Assembly (NCBI GenBank): GCA_963777505.1
Contig: CAVZQN010000006.1
Location: forward strand, 384,001 to 448,000
DNA: 64,000 nucleotides
Source of the DNA: an uncultured bacterium
GTDB taxonomy: Bacteria > Acidobacteriota > HRBIN11 > JAKEFK01
Direction: 5' to 3'
Positions 16,763 through 26,623 of the stretch are shown here, one piece after another. The notes under the pieces were generated by a model that had not been told where the DNA came from, did not search any database, and saw nothing but the letters and a program-made list of their open reading frames with translations. Position 1 is the first letter of the stretch; each line of letters begins with the position of its first letter. A program made the position numbers and the translations under genes.

Positions 16763-19700
16763 TTACTCTTTATTCCAGGATGGAACGCGTCCCGGAGTCC
16801 ATGGAGCGCCTGCGTTTTCAGCCTGAGTTTCGAGCGATTTGAGATCGGTCTCTACGAGTTTTTTGAGACGCTCTAAAACACTACCAAATTCGGAAGCGGT
16901 TTCATCGTATTGATTTCGATGTGTTTGAGTTGGTCCTGCTGTTGTACTCCAATGCCCGGATACAATCTGCTGAACACGTTGCCTGAGTGAAGGCAACGTA
17001 GCTTCATTCCGTTTGTCTCGAACTGAATTTCCATTCAACGCAATATTGATATCAGTCAGCTGTTGTTCTAGTTCTCTTGCATTCTCACGGAGTTTAGGAT
17101 CTGCAGAAGGTGTTTCATCGATCGCTTTTTTCAGATAATTAATTCGATTTTGTGCTTCTTCTGCAGATTTTGCTGCTCCAAGCACGGCGCGAAGCAGCCT
17201 TCCTGTTTTCTGTTGAAATGCGATCAACTGCTTGCGATCGGGTTCAGGTATTGTGGAAAGTCCCAAAGTTTCGGTTGTGAATGTTTTTGGTTCCCCGATC
17301 GTTTCGAGCTTTCCATCGATACGCTTCGCAAGTTGAACTTTATACGTTCCTGGAGGCGACAGGGGACCTGCGGGCGCGCTCTGCCATGGCGCACGATCTG
17401 GATCGGGCTTTAACTCTGTCGGATTAAAGGCAGGATACCGAAGATCCCACGCAACACGTTGGAATCCTGCTTTTGTTGGCGCAGCAACACGTCTTACAGT
17501 ATTGCCTTCTTCATCTGTAACCATGAGAAAAATCGAAGGTTCTTCTTCACGATCTTCGGCGCTTAATTCTTCCCAGGTTGGGTACGGCGTATCTTCATTT
17601 TTTTCTGCGCGTTTCTTTTCAGCATCAAGTCGTGTTTTGCGCTTCGTTTTTATTTCATCCTTCAAGTAGTAAGTAAAGATTGCGCCGAATGGAGGATTGG
17701 GTGCTGAGAAGAAATTGTCGCCTTGAAAAGCCTTTCCCGGAAAGCCGAGTAAAACACTGGGTGCAAATAGTGGAGCTTTGCGCGGCGAAAATAACATTGC
17801 ATTTTCGGAAAGCGATTGTTCACGAATTTCACGGAGAGGCGTGTAATCATCAAGAATCAAAAAGCCTCTACCAAACGTTGCAAGCACAAGGTCGTTTTCG
17901 CGTTCTTGAATTTCGATATCACGAACTGCAATCGTAGGAACATTTCCTTTCAGTTGAATCCATTTACCGCCGCCATCTGTTGTAAAGAAGATACCGAATT
18001 CGGTTCCTGCAAAAAGCAAATCCTTATCTACGTGATCTTCGGCCAGAGCCCATACGGAGCCGCGCGAAGGAAGATTTCCGGCAATCGAAGTCCACGAAGC
18101 GCCTGCGTCATTACTCTTTAAAACGTAAGGTTTGAAATCGCCCATTTTATGATTGTTGAATGATGCAAACACTGTTTCTGCATTGTGCTGTGATGTTTCA
18201 ATGTCTGATACATAACTCATTTCAGGCACGCCCGTGAATTTATCAATCGGCCGCCAGTTATTTCCGCTGTCTTTACTGACCTGGATTAATCCATCATCAG
18301 TTCCCGCATATAGCAATCCTTCCTGAACAGGAGATTCAGAAAACGAAACAATATTTCCATAAAAGGATGTTGAAGCATTTTTGGCAACAGCATCAACGCT
18401 CCAAATTCTCCCCATTACTTTGAGCTTGTTTCGATCCAGGCGTCTGGTAAGATCAGGACTGATTGCTTTCCAACTCTCTCCGCGATCATCGCTTCGATAA
18501 ACTTTTTGTGCGGCAACATAGAGACGAGTATTTGAATGCGGACTGATTACAAAAGGTGTATCCCAATTCCATTTCAAAGGCTCGTCGCCTTTTTCAGGTT
18601 GGGGTTGAATATCTAATTGTTCGCCAGTGCGACGGTCAAAACGGATCATTCCGCCGTGTTGAGATTCTGAATAAATGATGTTGGGATCTTGCGGATCGAT
18701 CGCAGGTTCAAAACCATCTCCTGCAACTGTGACAATCCAATCGCGATTTGTGATTCCATGATCACTAACATTTCGTGACGGACCACCAAGCGTATTATTG
18801 TCTTGAGTTCCGCCATACACATTGTAAAAAGGCTTATCGTTGTCCACTGCAACGCGATAAAACTGAGTAATCGGCAGATTTGCTGTGAAAGTCCACGATT
18901 TTCCGCCATCAAAGCTTTCATAAATTCCGCCATCGCATCCAACGAGTAGATTTTCAGTATCCTTGGGGTTGATCCAGAAGGCATGATTATCAACATGCTT
19001 TGAACTTTCACCGACCTTTCTGAAGTTCTTTCCCCCATCTTCCGTCACCATCATGAAAGTGTCCATAGAATAGACTTTGCCAACTTCTTTTGGATCGGCC
19101 ATGATTTCGTTGTAATACTGCGGACTCGTTGAAACATAACTGCTGCGTTTTTCCCAGCTTGAGCCTCCATTTGTTGATCGGAAGAATCCACTTTCTTGAT
19201 TGGCTGCTTCAACGATTGCGTAAATCACATCAGGATTTACAGGTGAGACTGAAAGTCCGATTTTGCCTTTATCAACTTTTGGTAAGCCATTTTCAAGTTT
19301 TTTCCAATTTTTTCCAGCATCAGTACTTTTATAGATAGCTGATTCAGGACCGCCATCAATCAAAGTCCAAACATGACGGCGCCGCTGATATGAACTCGCA
19401 TACAACACATCAAAGTTTCGTGGATCAAACCACACTTCATTGATTCCAGTTTTATCACTGATATCAAGAACTTTATTCCATGTTTGTCCGCCATCTGTTG
19501 TTTTATACAATCCTCGATCGCCGCCATCTCTCCACAGCGGCCCTTGTGCAGCAACATACACAGTTTTTGAATCACGCGGGTCGATGATAATTCCGCCGAT
19601 ATGTTCGGAGTCCTTGAGGCCCACATTTGTCCAGGTTCCACCACCATCGATGGATTTGTAAACGCCGTCACCGTATCCGACACTTCGCTGGCTGTTATTT

Positions 19701-20056
19701 TCGCCAGTTCCAACCCAAACAGTTAAGGGATCGTTTGGATCCAGTGTTACACATCCAATTGAATACGATCCTTCGTTATCGAAAATTGGGGTCCACGTCG
19801 TTCCGTTGTTTATTGTTTTCCAAACGCCACCGGAAGCAACCGCAGCATAATATGTGCTTCTCGTTTTTGGATGAATTGCGAAATCTGAGATTCTTCCGGA
19901 AGCGATAGCTGGGCCGATATTTCTAAAAGATAAGCCGTTAAAGGTATCTGACTTCATCAAAGATTTGTCTTCTTTTTCCGAATCCTTTTTGGATTTTGTA
20001 TCGGAAGCAAATGCGCTTATTGAAAATGCCAGAAGAATAACGGATAGAATTCTCAT
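16763..20056 (-). CDS. Secreted BNR/Asp-box beta-propeller protein, paralog of 4872-8048
   Basis: GGAGG RBS, signal peptide, RNIGPA..SGRI, multiple SxDGGxxW repeats. Confidence 0.88.
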   Translation of the reverse strand: MRILSVILLAFSISAFASDTKSKKDSEKEDKSLMKSDTFNGLSFRNIGPAIASGRISDFAIHPKTRSTYYAAVASGGVWKTINNGTTWTPIFDNEGSYSIGCVTLDPNDPLTVWVGTGENNSQRSVGYGDGVYKSIDGGGTWTNVGLKDSEHIGGIIIDPRDSKTVYVAAQGPLWRDGGDRGLYKTTDGGQTWNKVLDISDKTGINEVWFDPRNFDVLYASSYQRRRHVWTLIDGGPESAIYKSTDAGKNWKKLENGLPKVDKGKIGLSVSPVNPDVIYAIVEAANQESGFFRSTNGGSSWEKRSSYVSTSPQYYNEIMADPKEVGKVYSMDTFMMVTEDGGKNFRKVGESSKHVDNHAFWINPKDTENLLVGCDGGIYESFDGGKSWTFTANLPITQFYRVAVDNDKPFYNVYGGTQDNNTLGGPSRNVSDHGITNRDWIVTVAGDGFEPAIDPQDPNIIYSESQHGGMIRFDRRTGEQLDIQPQPEKGDEPLKWNWDTPFVISPHSNTRLYVAAQKVYRSDDRGESWKAISPDLTRRLDRNKLKVMGRIWSVDAVAKNASTSFYGNIVSFSESPVQEGLLYAGTDDGLIQVSKDSGNNWRPIDKFTGVPEMSYVSDIETSQHNAETVFASFNNHKMGDFKPYVLKSNDAGASWTSIAGNLPSRGSVWALAEDHVDKDLLFAGTEFGIFFTTDGGGKWIQLKGNVPTIAVRDIEIQERENDLVLATFGRGFLILDDYTPLREIREQSLSENAMLFSPRKAPLFAPSVLLGFPGKAFQGDNFFSAPNPPFGAIFTYYLKDEIKTKRKTRLDAEKKRAEKNEDTPYPTWEELSAEDREEEPSIFLMVTDEEGNTVRRVAAPTKAGFQRVAWDLRYPAFNPTELKPDPDRAPWQSAPAGPLSPPGTYKVQLAKRIDGKLETIGEPKTFTTETLGLSTIPEPDRKQLIAFQQKTGRLLRAVLGAAKSAEEAQNRINYLKKAIDETPSADPKLRENARELEQQLTDINIALNGNSVRDKRNEATLPSLRQRVQQIVSGHWSTTAGPTQTHRNQYDETASEFGSVLERLKKLVETDLKSLETQAENAGAPWTPGRVPSWNKE

Positions 20057-20104
20057 GAACTCCCTCCAATAGGTTTTTGGAATTTTTATGTGAGGCAAGA
20101 ATAT

Positions 20105-20728
20105 CTATGGTTGAACGTTGACCGAATCTCCCGTTCGATGATCCTGAATTTGAAACTTAAGAAATTCATGCACTGCTTTTCGAGCCTCTTCATCTTGCGA
20201 CTTAATTACAATACGTGCTCCATCTGAAACTTCTTCATATTCAAATTGGATCTGATCTTTTAGCTGAGTCATCGTTTCTGCACCGTCAGGTTGACGACCG
20301 TGAATCTGTTTTGCAGGAGAAAAGTCTCCGTTTTTAAAACGATTTGAAATTTCCTGTAGATGTGTTCTGATTTTATTCCGACTGTCAGAGTCGGTGGAGG
20401 TGTTGGCAGTTACTTGAATGATTCCTCCGTCGGGTTTGAGATAGAAATGATGCGTTGTTTTTGTATGATCAAATCCCATCACTTCATCGCCGCGTTGGTT
20501 GACATCGGCATGATGCTGGTGATCCATTTGTTCTGATTTTCCTGCTGTGGAGGCATCCTCTTTGTCATGATTGCAATCCTTGTGCGCATCTTTACTCTCA
20601 GTCTGCGAGCAGCAGGAAGGAACATTCTCTTGTGTTTGTGTGCTCTGATCTGTACACGCTTCATCAGCTAATGAAATCGTGGTGACAAGCAGCAGCAAAG
20701 CTGCAAATGACAAAATTTGGGATTTCAT
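20105..20728 (-). CDS. Secreted hypothetical protein with Cys/His-rich N-terminus
   Basis: AAGGAG RBS, signal peptide, CC and HQHH segments, globular region RGDEVMGFD..TTHHF...FQIQDHRTGD. Confidence 0.75.
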   Translation of the reverse strand: MKSQILSFAALLLLVTTISLADEACTDQSTQTQENVPSCCSQTESKDAHKDCNHDKEDASTAGKSEQMDHQHHADVNQRGDEVMGFDHTKTTHHFYLKPDGGIIQVTANTSTDSDSRNKIRTHLQEISNRFKNGDFSPAKQIHGRQPDGAETMTQLKDQIQFEYEEVSDGARIVIKSQDEEARKAVHEFLKFQIQDHRTGDSVNVQP

Positions 20729-20899
20729 GAGTTCTCCTTATACATGAGTGCTGATTGCTCAGTATAAACCACGATTGCGCAATTCAAGAAAGTGAAAGTT
20801 CCAAGCGGGACTTTTTAGCTCAGTGCTGGTGCAAAGCAATGAGTTCTGAGAGATGATTGAACTCAGCACCCATTGCTCAGTACTATTAACTGATTAATC

Positions 20900-21574
20900 A
20901 TGACTGGACGAAGCTATTTTTCAAGTGATCTGTTTGGTTTTTTGCGTGACTTAAAAGCCAATAACAATAGGGATTGGTTTCTTGCAAACAAGCAGCGATA
21001 TGAAAAGTCGGTTCGCGATCCTGTACTGCAATTTATTTCGGATTTTGCGCCACATCTAAGGAAAATCAACAAGCATTTTATCGCCGATCCAAAACCCCAT
21101 GGAGGATCTTTATTTCGTATTTACAGAGATATCCGATTTTCATCGGACAAGACTCCCTATAAGACTCACGTTGGGGTCTCATTTGAACATGAACGCGAGG
21201 GGGAATGGAGCGCTCCAGTTTTCTATTTGCATTTTGAGCCGGGCGATTGTTTTGCCGGAGCCGGGTTATGGCATCCTGACGCCAAAACTCTGAACAAGAT
21301 ACGCAGTGCGATTCTGAATGATTCCACGGCCTGGAAAAAAGTATTACAAAGCGGACTTGAGTTGCAAGGCTCGACTTTATCCCGCCCGCCGAGAGGTTAT
21401 GATGCGAACCATCCATTAATCAAAGCTCTGATGAAAAAAGACTTTATAACAAGCTTCCCCTTTACGGATAAACAGGTCTGTAGTGGTTCCTTCATTCAGG
21501 ATTATGAAAAAGCATGTCAAAGGATGAGTCCGCTTGTTGCTTTTCTCACAAAAGCTGTCGGGCTGCAATGGTAA
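20900..21574 (+). CDS. DUF2461 (TIGR02453) family protein
   Basis: FLRDLKANNNRDWF, FRIYRDIRFSSDKTPYK, PRGY. Confidence 0.9.
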   Translation: MTGRSYFSSDLFGFLRDLKANNNRDWFLANKQRYEKSVRDPVLQFISDFAPHLRKINKHFIADPKPHGGSLFRIYRDIRFSSDKTPYKTHVGVSFEHEREGEWSAPVFYLHFEPGDCFAGAGLWHPDAKTLNKIRSAILNDSTAWKKVLQSGLELQGSTLSRPPRGYDANHPLIKALMKKDFITSFPFTDKQVCSGSFIQDYEKACQRMSPLVAFLTKAVGLQW

Positions 21575-21621
21575 AATCACTCTCGCTTCGTGTCATGTCA
21601 ACGTGAAAGTGTAGGCGTCTG

Positions 21622-21806
21622 TGTCTCAGTTATGGGACAATACTTTTGGCGACGCTGATGAGGCTACTTCAGAATCCTCTAGACATTGAAGAAATGACTG
21701 TGTCACAATGTTGTGACCGGATTGAAGAAAGAAATTTCATGAAGTTGGTAAATACCGACGAGGATTCCAGAAAACTTGCAAGAAGTATGGTGGCTTGTTC
21801 CTTGCT
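21622..21806 (+). promoter_or_regulatory. Two enhancer-like palindromes plus a sigma54 -24/-12 promoter
   Basis: TGTCTCA-gtta-TGGGACA (21622-21639), TGTCACA-atgt-TGTGACC (21701-21718), TGGC-N7-TTGCT (21791-21806). Confidence 0.65.
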
Positions 21807-22068
21807 TCCGTGAAAGCCGCAGGGATTAAAGTCCTGTGGCTGAGGCGAGTCAGCCTTGTTTTAAGTTTAATTGGACTTCAGTCGAGAATTTGGCAGATCT
21901 TCAAATTGCAGTAATTGACCTTCTTGTGGCCAATTCTCGCGCGGACCGGTTCAATATAACCGGTCTAATAGTGAATACTGAAGTGGGATGTCCATACCCC
22001 TCCCCCTTCCCCTCGTCCCACTTCAGTATCTTTTTTCTCTCCAGGATAGGACAAAATAAAAATTGAAT

Positions 22069-23463
22069 ATGAATAATGCATCTTCACGCATTCTCGTAGT
22101 TGATGATGAAGAAAATGTTCTTCAGATTTGTTCTGAAACGCTTCAAAAATTAGATGATGTGCATGTTCTTCTAGAGACAAAAAGTTCTGAAGCATTACGG
22201 ACGCTTTCATCTGATCGAGTTGATCTATTAATTGTCACGCGTCGTATTAATGGCGTTGATGCAATGGATCTCTTTAAGGTTGGAAGACGGACAGATCCAA
22301 ATATTTCTGTATTGATTCTTACTGAAGCAGCCACTGCAAATACAGCCGTTGAATGTATGAGAATTGGCGGCGCCGATTACATCACTAAGCCTTTACAGCC
22401 TGAAGAATTTCTTGCCACTGTACGTCATTTACTGGAAGCAAAACGTCTTCGCGAAGAACATCAATCATTGCAGTGGCAGGTTGTACGCTCCCATTCATTT
22501 GATGGAATTGTTGGAAGAAGTCCTGCAATGAGAGTCGTCTTCAAAACGATCCATTTAATTTCAGAAACAGATGTAGATGTATTGATCGTTGGTGAAACAG
22601 GAACAGGAAAGGAACTGGTTGCACGCAGTATTCATAACCGCAGCCCGAGGAGAGCAGGACCATTTGTTGCGGTTGATTGTGGAGCGATTCCGGAAAATTT
22701 GTTGGAATCTGAATTGTTTGGCCATGAGAAAGGAGCGTTTACCGGAGCGGAAGCGCGAAGTATTGGTTTGTTGGAGATGGCAAATCGCGGCACTTTCTTT
22801 TTAGATGAGGTTGGAGAATTGCCGGTTCGTCTTCAAGCAAAATTACTCCGCTCACTACAGGAACGGAAAATACGCCGGATCGGAGGGAAAGAAGAAATTC
22901 CGCTGGATGTGCGAATTATTGCTGCAACTTCAAGGGATCTTGTGGCTGAAATTCGTGAAGGCAGATTCCGTGATGATCTTTACTACAGGATTAATGTTGC
23001 GCGTATTGAGCTTCCACCTTTGCGTGCTCGAAGCGAAGATATTCCGCTTTTAACATCACATTTTGTAACGATCTACAGCCAGCAAATGGACAAAGGAGTG
23101 GTTGAAGTGGATCCCGAAGTTACGGATGTTTTATCCCGTTATACCTGGCCAGGAAACGTTCGGGAATTACAAAATGTATTGAAGCGTGCGCTCGCAATGA
23201 CACGTCATCATGTTTTGAGTGTTGAAGACCTTCCTGTTGATATTGCCGTTCAGGGCGGTGAACGCAGACGCACCGATCGTGGTGGATTTTTTCAAGTACG
23301 TTCGCAGAGAATTTCTGCTTTTGAAAAATGGTATTTAAACAATTTGCTGAAATCCTGTCAGGGTGATGTAAGCCGTGCAGCAAGAAAAGCTGAAGTTCCA
23401 CGCGGGACACTTTACCGTTTGCTAAATAAGCATAACTTAAATCCTGAAGATTTCCGGACGTGA
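22069..23463 (+). CDS. Sigma54-dependent enhancer-binding protein (NtrC/AtoC family) with atypical receiver domain
   Basis: GETGTGKE, ESELFGHEKGAFTGA, FLDEVGE, WPGNVREL, Fis-type HTH; receiver beta3 ends DLLIVT rather than Asp. Confidence 0.93.
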   Translation: MNNASSRILVVDDEENVLQICSETLQKLDDVHVLLETKSSEALRTLSSDRVDLLIVTRRINGVDAMDLFKVGRRTDPNISVLILTEAATANTAVECMRIGGADYITKPLQPEEFLATVRHLLEAKRLREEHQSLQWQVVRSHSFDGIVGRSPAMRVVFKTIHLISETDVDVLIVGETGTGKELVARSIHNRSPRRAGPFVAVDCGAIPENLLESELFGHEKGAFTGAEARSIGLLEMANRGTFFLDEVGELPVRLQAKLLRSLQERKIRRIGGKEEIPLDVRIIAATSRDLVAEIREGRFRDDLYYRINVARIELPPLRARSEDIPLLTSHFVTIYSQQMDKGVVEVDPEVTDVLSRYTWPGNVRELQNVLKRALAMTRHHVLSVEDLPVDIAVQGGERRRTDRGGFFQVRSQRISAFEKWYLNNLLKSCQGDVSRAARKAEVPRGTLYRLLNKHNLNPEDFRT

Positions 23464-23552
23464 GGGGTTTTTCAAACAGCTAACGTCGAGAAATGTCTGT
23501 ATTTCGCCAGATGCGAAGTATGAATTTTTCTTGTATATTCTATTTTTATCCT

Positions 23553-24179
23553 ATGAGATTCTCTGAATTTGAAAAGATTGCTGCGTTTTCTCGCTTATTT
23601 CTTTTCATAGCCGCCATCTCGTGCGTTGTTTTTTTTAGTGGGGTTCTGTGGGCGCAAGAAGATGCGGATATCATAAGAAAAGGAAATTGGGGAATTGGAT
23701 TTTATGGCGCAGGTGGAACGGGTGTTAGCGGAAGTACTCAAGGTACTGAGGTTTTCTGGACCGGTTTCCGCTATAAAAGAGTTATTACCGATATTAAAGG
23801 GAAAGGATTTTGGCGAGGTTCACTTGAGTACGGCGCAGAATTCATGCCTGTCTTTTTGATTTTTCAGGATGATCTTGTTTATGGCACCCAATTTTCCCCG
23901 TTGTTGATGCGGTGGAATTTTCAAAAACCAGGATCACACATAATGCCGTTTTTTGAATGGGGAGGAGGACTCCTATATACAACGGATCAAGTTCCTGTAC
24001 GAAGTTCTCATTTTAATTTTACTCCTCAGGGTGGATTAGGTTTTTCAATCTTTAATTCAGGCAGCAGAGCTGTAACGTTTCAGGTAAAATATATGCACAT
24101 TTCGAACGGCGGTTTTAAGAAACCGAATCCAGGGATAAATGCGGTTCAAGTACTTGCCGGATACGAATGGCTTCGATAA
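23553..24179 (+). CDS. PagL-like outer-membrane beta-barrel (lipid A deacylase / acyloxyacyl hydrolase family)
   Basis: Signal peptide, FNFTPQGG, HISNG and NPGIN motifs. Confidence 0.8.
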   Translation: MRFSEFEKIAAFSRLFLFIAAISCVVFFSGVLWAQEDADIIRKGNWGIGFYGAGGTGVSGSTQGTEVFWTGFRYKRVITDIKGKGFWRGSLEYGAEFMPVFLIFQDDLVYGTQFSPLLMRWNFQKPGSHIMPFFEWGGGLLYTTDQVPVRSSHFNFTPQGGLGFSIFNSGSRAVTFQVKYMHISNGGFKKPNPGINAVQVLAGYEWLR

Positions 24180-24182
24180 ACG

Positions 24183-24258
24183 CAAAAATCAAAAATGGAA
24201 AATAGAAACAAAAATCAGGACCTCATTTTTTATTTTTGATCTTTGATTTTTTATTTTG
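24183..24258. repeat. Inverted arrays of degenerate heptamers (CAAAAAT type)
   Basis: CAAAAAT CAAAAAT GGAAAAT ... ATTTTTT ATTTTTG ATCTTTG ATTTTTT. Confidence 0.55.
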
Positions 24259-24264
24259 AAACTT

Positions 24265-24338
24265 GCGCCCGTAGCTCAGTTGGACAGAGCGCCAGACTTC
24301 GAATCTGTAGGTCGGGGGTTCGAGCCCCTCCGGGCGCG
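24265..24338 (+). tRNA. tRNA-Arg(TCG)
   Basis: Acceptor GCGCCCG/CGGGCGC; anticodon arm CAGA-CT TCG AA-TCTG; GGTTCGAGCC T arm; no CCA. Confidence 0.93.
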
Positions 24339-24395
24339 CTTACTTGAAGCCGGTAGAACGTAATCACGTGCCGGCTTTTCCTTTTTCCATCGACA

Positions 24396-24875
24396 CTACT
24401 TCTTCGGTGCCTCGGCGAGCCTACCATCTCTTTTGCCTTCCCACTTTACGAACATAAGGCACTCATCGGTTAGACAAGAACCGGCGTGCGCCTGATCGCC
24501 GGGTTGGAACCAGTAACTTCCAGGACCCAGTGGTTTTGCAGTCGCTTCCTGCTCTCCTTCACCCCAATGCTTCATCGTTCCCTGAACCATCGTGAGGTGG
24601 TAGTCAGAGGTGTGAATGTGAAGAGAGTTACCGCCCTTCTTGAACTTGAGCAACATGGCTGAAGGGCCTTTCTCCGGATCGCCCCATAACACGGCCATTT
24701 GTGCTCCGTCGGGCTGTTTGGGATCAACCGGTTTGAACTCAGCCTCTTGAAACGGCGTGACGATGAGCTTCTTCTTTTCGTCGGCGTTGACACTGGCGCC
24801 AAAAACGGCCAGGACGCATACCATTCCTACAATTAATAGATTATTGTAACGCTGCACTTTTGCGAGAAAACTCAT
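24396..24875 (-). CDS. Secreted cupin (DUF4437-like)
   Basis: GGAGG RBS; LWGDP, HIHTSDY, LGPGSYWFQPG...H cupin motifs. Confidence 0.8.
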   Translation of the reverse strand: MSFLAKVQRYNNLLIVGMVCVLAVFGASVNADEKKKLIVTPFQEAEFKPVDPKQPDGAQMAVLWGDPEKGPSAMLLKFKKGGNSLHIHTSDYHLTMVQGTMKHWGEGEQEATAKPLGPGSYWFQPGDQAHAGSCLTDECLMFVKWEGKRDGRLAEAPKK

Positions 24876-24988
24876 CAGCACCTCCACTTTAAGATAGAAA
24901 TAATCATCCAAAGGGAAATGCGCAACAAAAAAGGGGAGTGTTTGTGTAAATTGTTAGATATTATTGACTAACTTTCTCAGGGTGCGAC

Positions 24989-25894
24989 TTATTTTTTTAC
25001 AGTCAGCCGATATTCGTTTAATGTAACTGGTTCGGCTGTGCCCTTCCCGGAAACTTTCAGTTTGTAATTCCCTTCAGCAAGAGTTTCCGACTTCAATATG
25101 ACAGAAATCAATGAACCTTCAGCAGTTGCTTGATCCATTAGATTAATTTCATCCCGCCATAACGTATTTCCATTCTGCAAAATTTCTACAACATAGGATT
25201 TGAAATCCGCATTCTGAACAGAAAATACGAGTGTGAACTTATTGCTATTGTCGCTGAATCGTACCGGAATCGTTTGTGTTTCTCCACCTCGTTCAGACCG
25301 AACTGAGTAAACGGCTGAAGCTGATAAGTCCGGCTGGACCAGCCTTTCACGTTCTTCATTTAAACTCTGAATCTGTTTCTCGTAATTCTGTTTTAACTCT
25401 TCGTAATTCGGTTCTTGAGAAGGTATTTTCTTTGATCTTTCCTGATTTAATTCATCCTTCAAATTAGAAACTTCCTTATCCAGAACAAAGCTCTTATAGG
25501 ATGGATAAATTAAAGAAGCAACCAGACCGATCAGAATAAGATTCACGTATGCAGGAATTCTAAAACCAGAGGAGGAAGGAATTGAGTAAATCTTTGTTTG
25601 ATGACTTTCTCTTGATAGTCCTCCCAAACGATCCTGGAGTTTAGCCAAGTTTTGCTGGAAAATTTGATCCGCTTTTCGCGCATCAATCGAAGTGGATTCT
25701 CCTGCCTCAAGTGCTTCATGCAAATCCGCGAGACGGCCTGCGCAAAGTGAACATGTTTTTAAATGTTGTTCAAATATTTCAGCATCCTTGTTGGAAAGTA
25801 ATTGCTGAAAATATTGAAATACTTCTTCTTCACGGTTGCAGGAAAAATCTGCATCCGGAAAGATGTCATGAAATGAAAAAGTGGTTTTGCTCAT
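24989..25894 (-). CDS. Putative zinc-finger (ZAS, zf-HC2) membrane anti-sigma factor
   Basis: FEQHLKTCSLC (HxxxCxxC), one TM, coiled coil, C-terminal beta domain; ATGA overlap with the sigma factor. Confidence 0.85.
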   Translation of the reverse strand: MSKTTFSFHDIFPDADFSCNREEEVFQYFQQLLSNKDAEIFEQHLKTCSLCAGRLADLHEALEAGESTSIDARKADQIFQQNLAKLQDRLGGLSRESHQTKIYSIPSSSGFRIPAYVNLILIGLVASLIYPSYKSFVLDKEVSNLKDELNQERSKKIPSQEPNYEELKQNYEKQIQSLNEERERLVQPDLSASAVYSVRSERGGETQTIPVRFSDNSNKFTLVFSVQNADFKSYVVEILQNGNTLWRDEINLMDQATAEGSLISVILKSETLAEGNYKLKVSGKGTAEPVTLNEYRLTVKK

Positions 25895-26505
25895 TCAAGT
25901 TCCCCCAAACTTATGATTTGCTCGATGGTGATTTCGTGGCCTTTCTTTCCCATACAAGTTTCCAAGTCTTTTTTTATACTGTCGTAAGATCGTCGAAGCT
26001 CTGCTCTTTCGATCTTTAAGATCTTCACAATTTGAGCTGCCTTCAGTCCTCGCCACCGCAATTTAAGAACCGTCCGATTGATATCATTTAGTGCTTCTAT
26101 ACAAGCGGACAAATGAACCAGGATCTTCTGTTTATCCATCTCAGCGATGTACCGATCCTCCGTCCGGCTCTCGCTGATGACCTCCATTTCCGTGGTTAAT
26201 GGTTCTTGTTCTTTTAATAAAGACGTTTTACGAAGGCGGTCAACGCATAAATTTCGAGTAATTGTTAAAAGCCAGCTTTTAAAGACGGAAGGATTCTTCA
26301 GATTCCCTGCATTTTCAATGACTTTTATGAAAATGTCGTGGAAAACATCATTTGCTTGATCATAATCTGCGAGGTAGTGGTAGCAGATTTTCAGAACCAG
26401 AAGCTTATACCGTTCATAGAGGGTAAGCAGAATGACTTTCCGTTCTTCGTCAGAACAGTTGCCAAGATTCCGGACGAGGTCGGAGTCGGATTGATCTTTG
26501 CTCAT
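25891..26505 (-). CDS. ECF sigma factor
   Basis: Region 2 LYERY...DQANDVFHDIFIK...FKSWLLTITRNLCVDRLR; divergent region 4. Confidence 0.88.
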   Translation of the reverse strand: MSKDQSDSDLVRNLGNCSDEERKVILLTLYERYKLLVLKICYHYLADYDQANDVFHDIFIKVIENAGNLKNPSVFKSWLLTITRNLCVDRLRKTSLLKEQEPLTTEMEVISESRTEDRYIAEMDKQKILVHLSACIEALNDINRTVLKLRWRGLKAAQIVKILKIERAELRRSYDSIKKDLETCMGKKGHEITIEQIISLGELE

Positions 26506-26585
26506 TTTTACCCGGGGCTAGAACGAGAATATCATTGTCCAACAAATTTTGGCATGAAAAAAGGTAAGGTTGGGTGATAAATAAT

Positions 26586-26623
26586 GAAGACCGTGCGGTG
26601 CTTTTGAGGACCGCACGGTCTTC
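26586..26623. terminator. Strong hairpin, probable terminator
   Basis: GAAGACCGTGCGGT / ACCGCACGGTCTTC perfect 14-bp stem; weak U tract. Confidence 0.55.
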
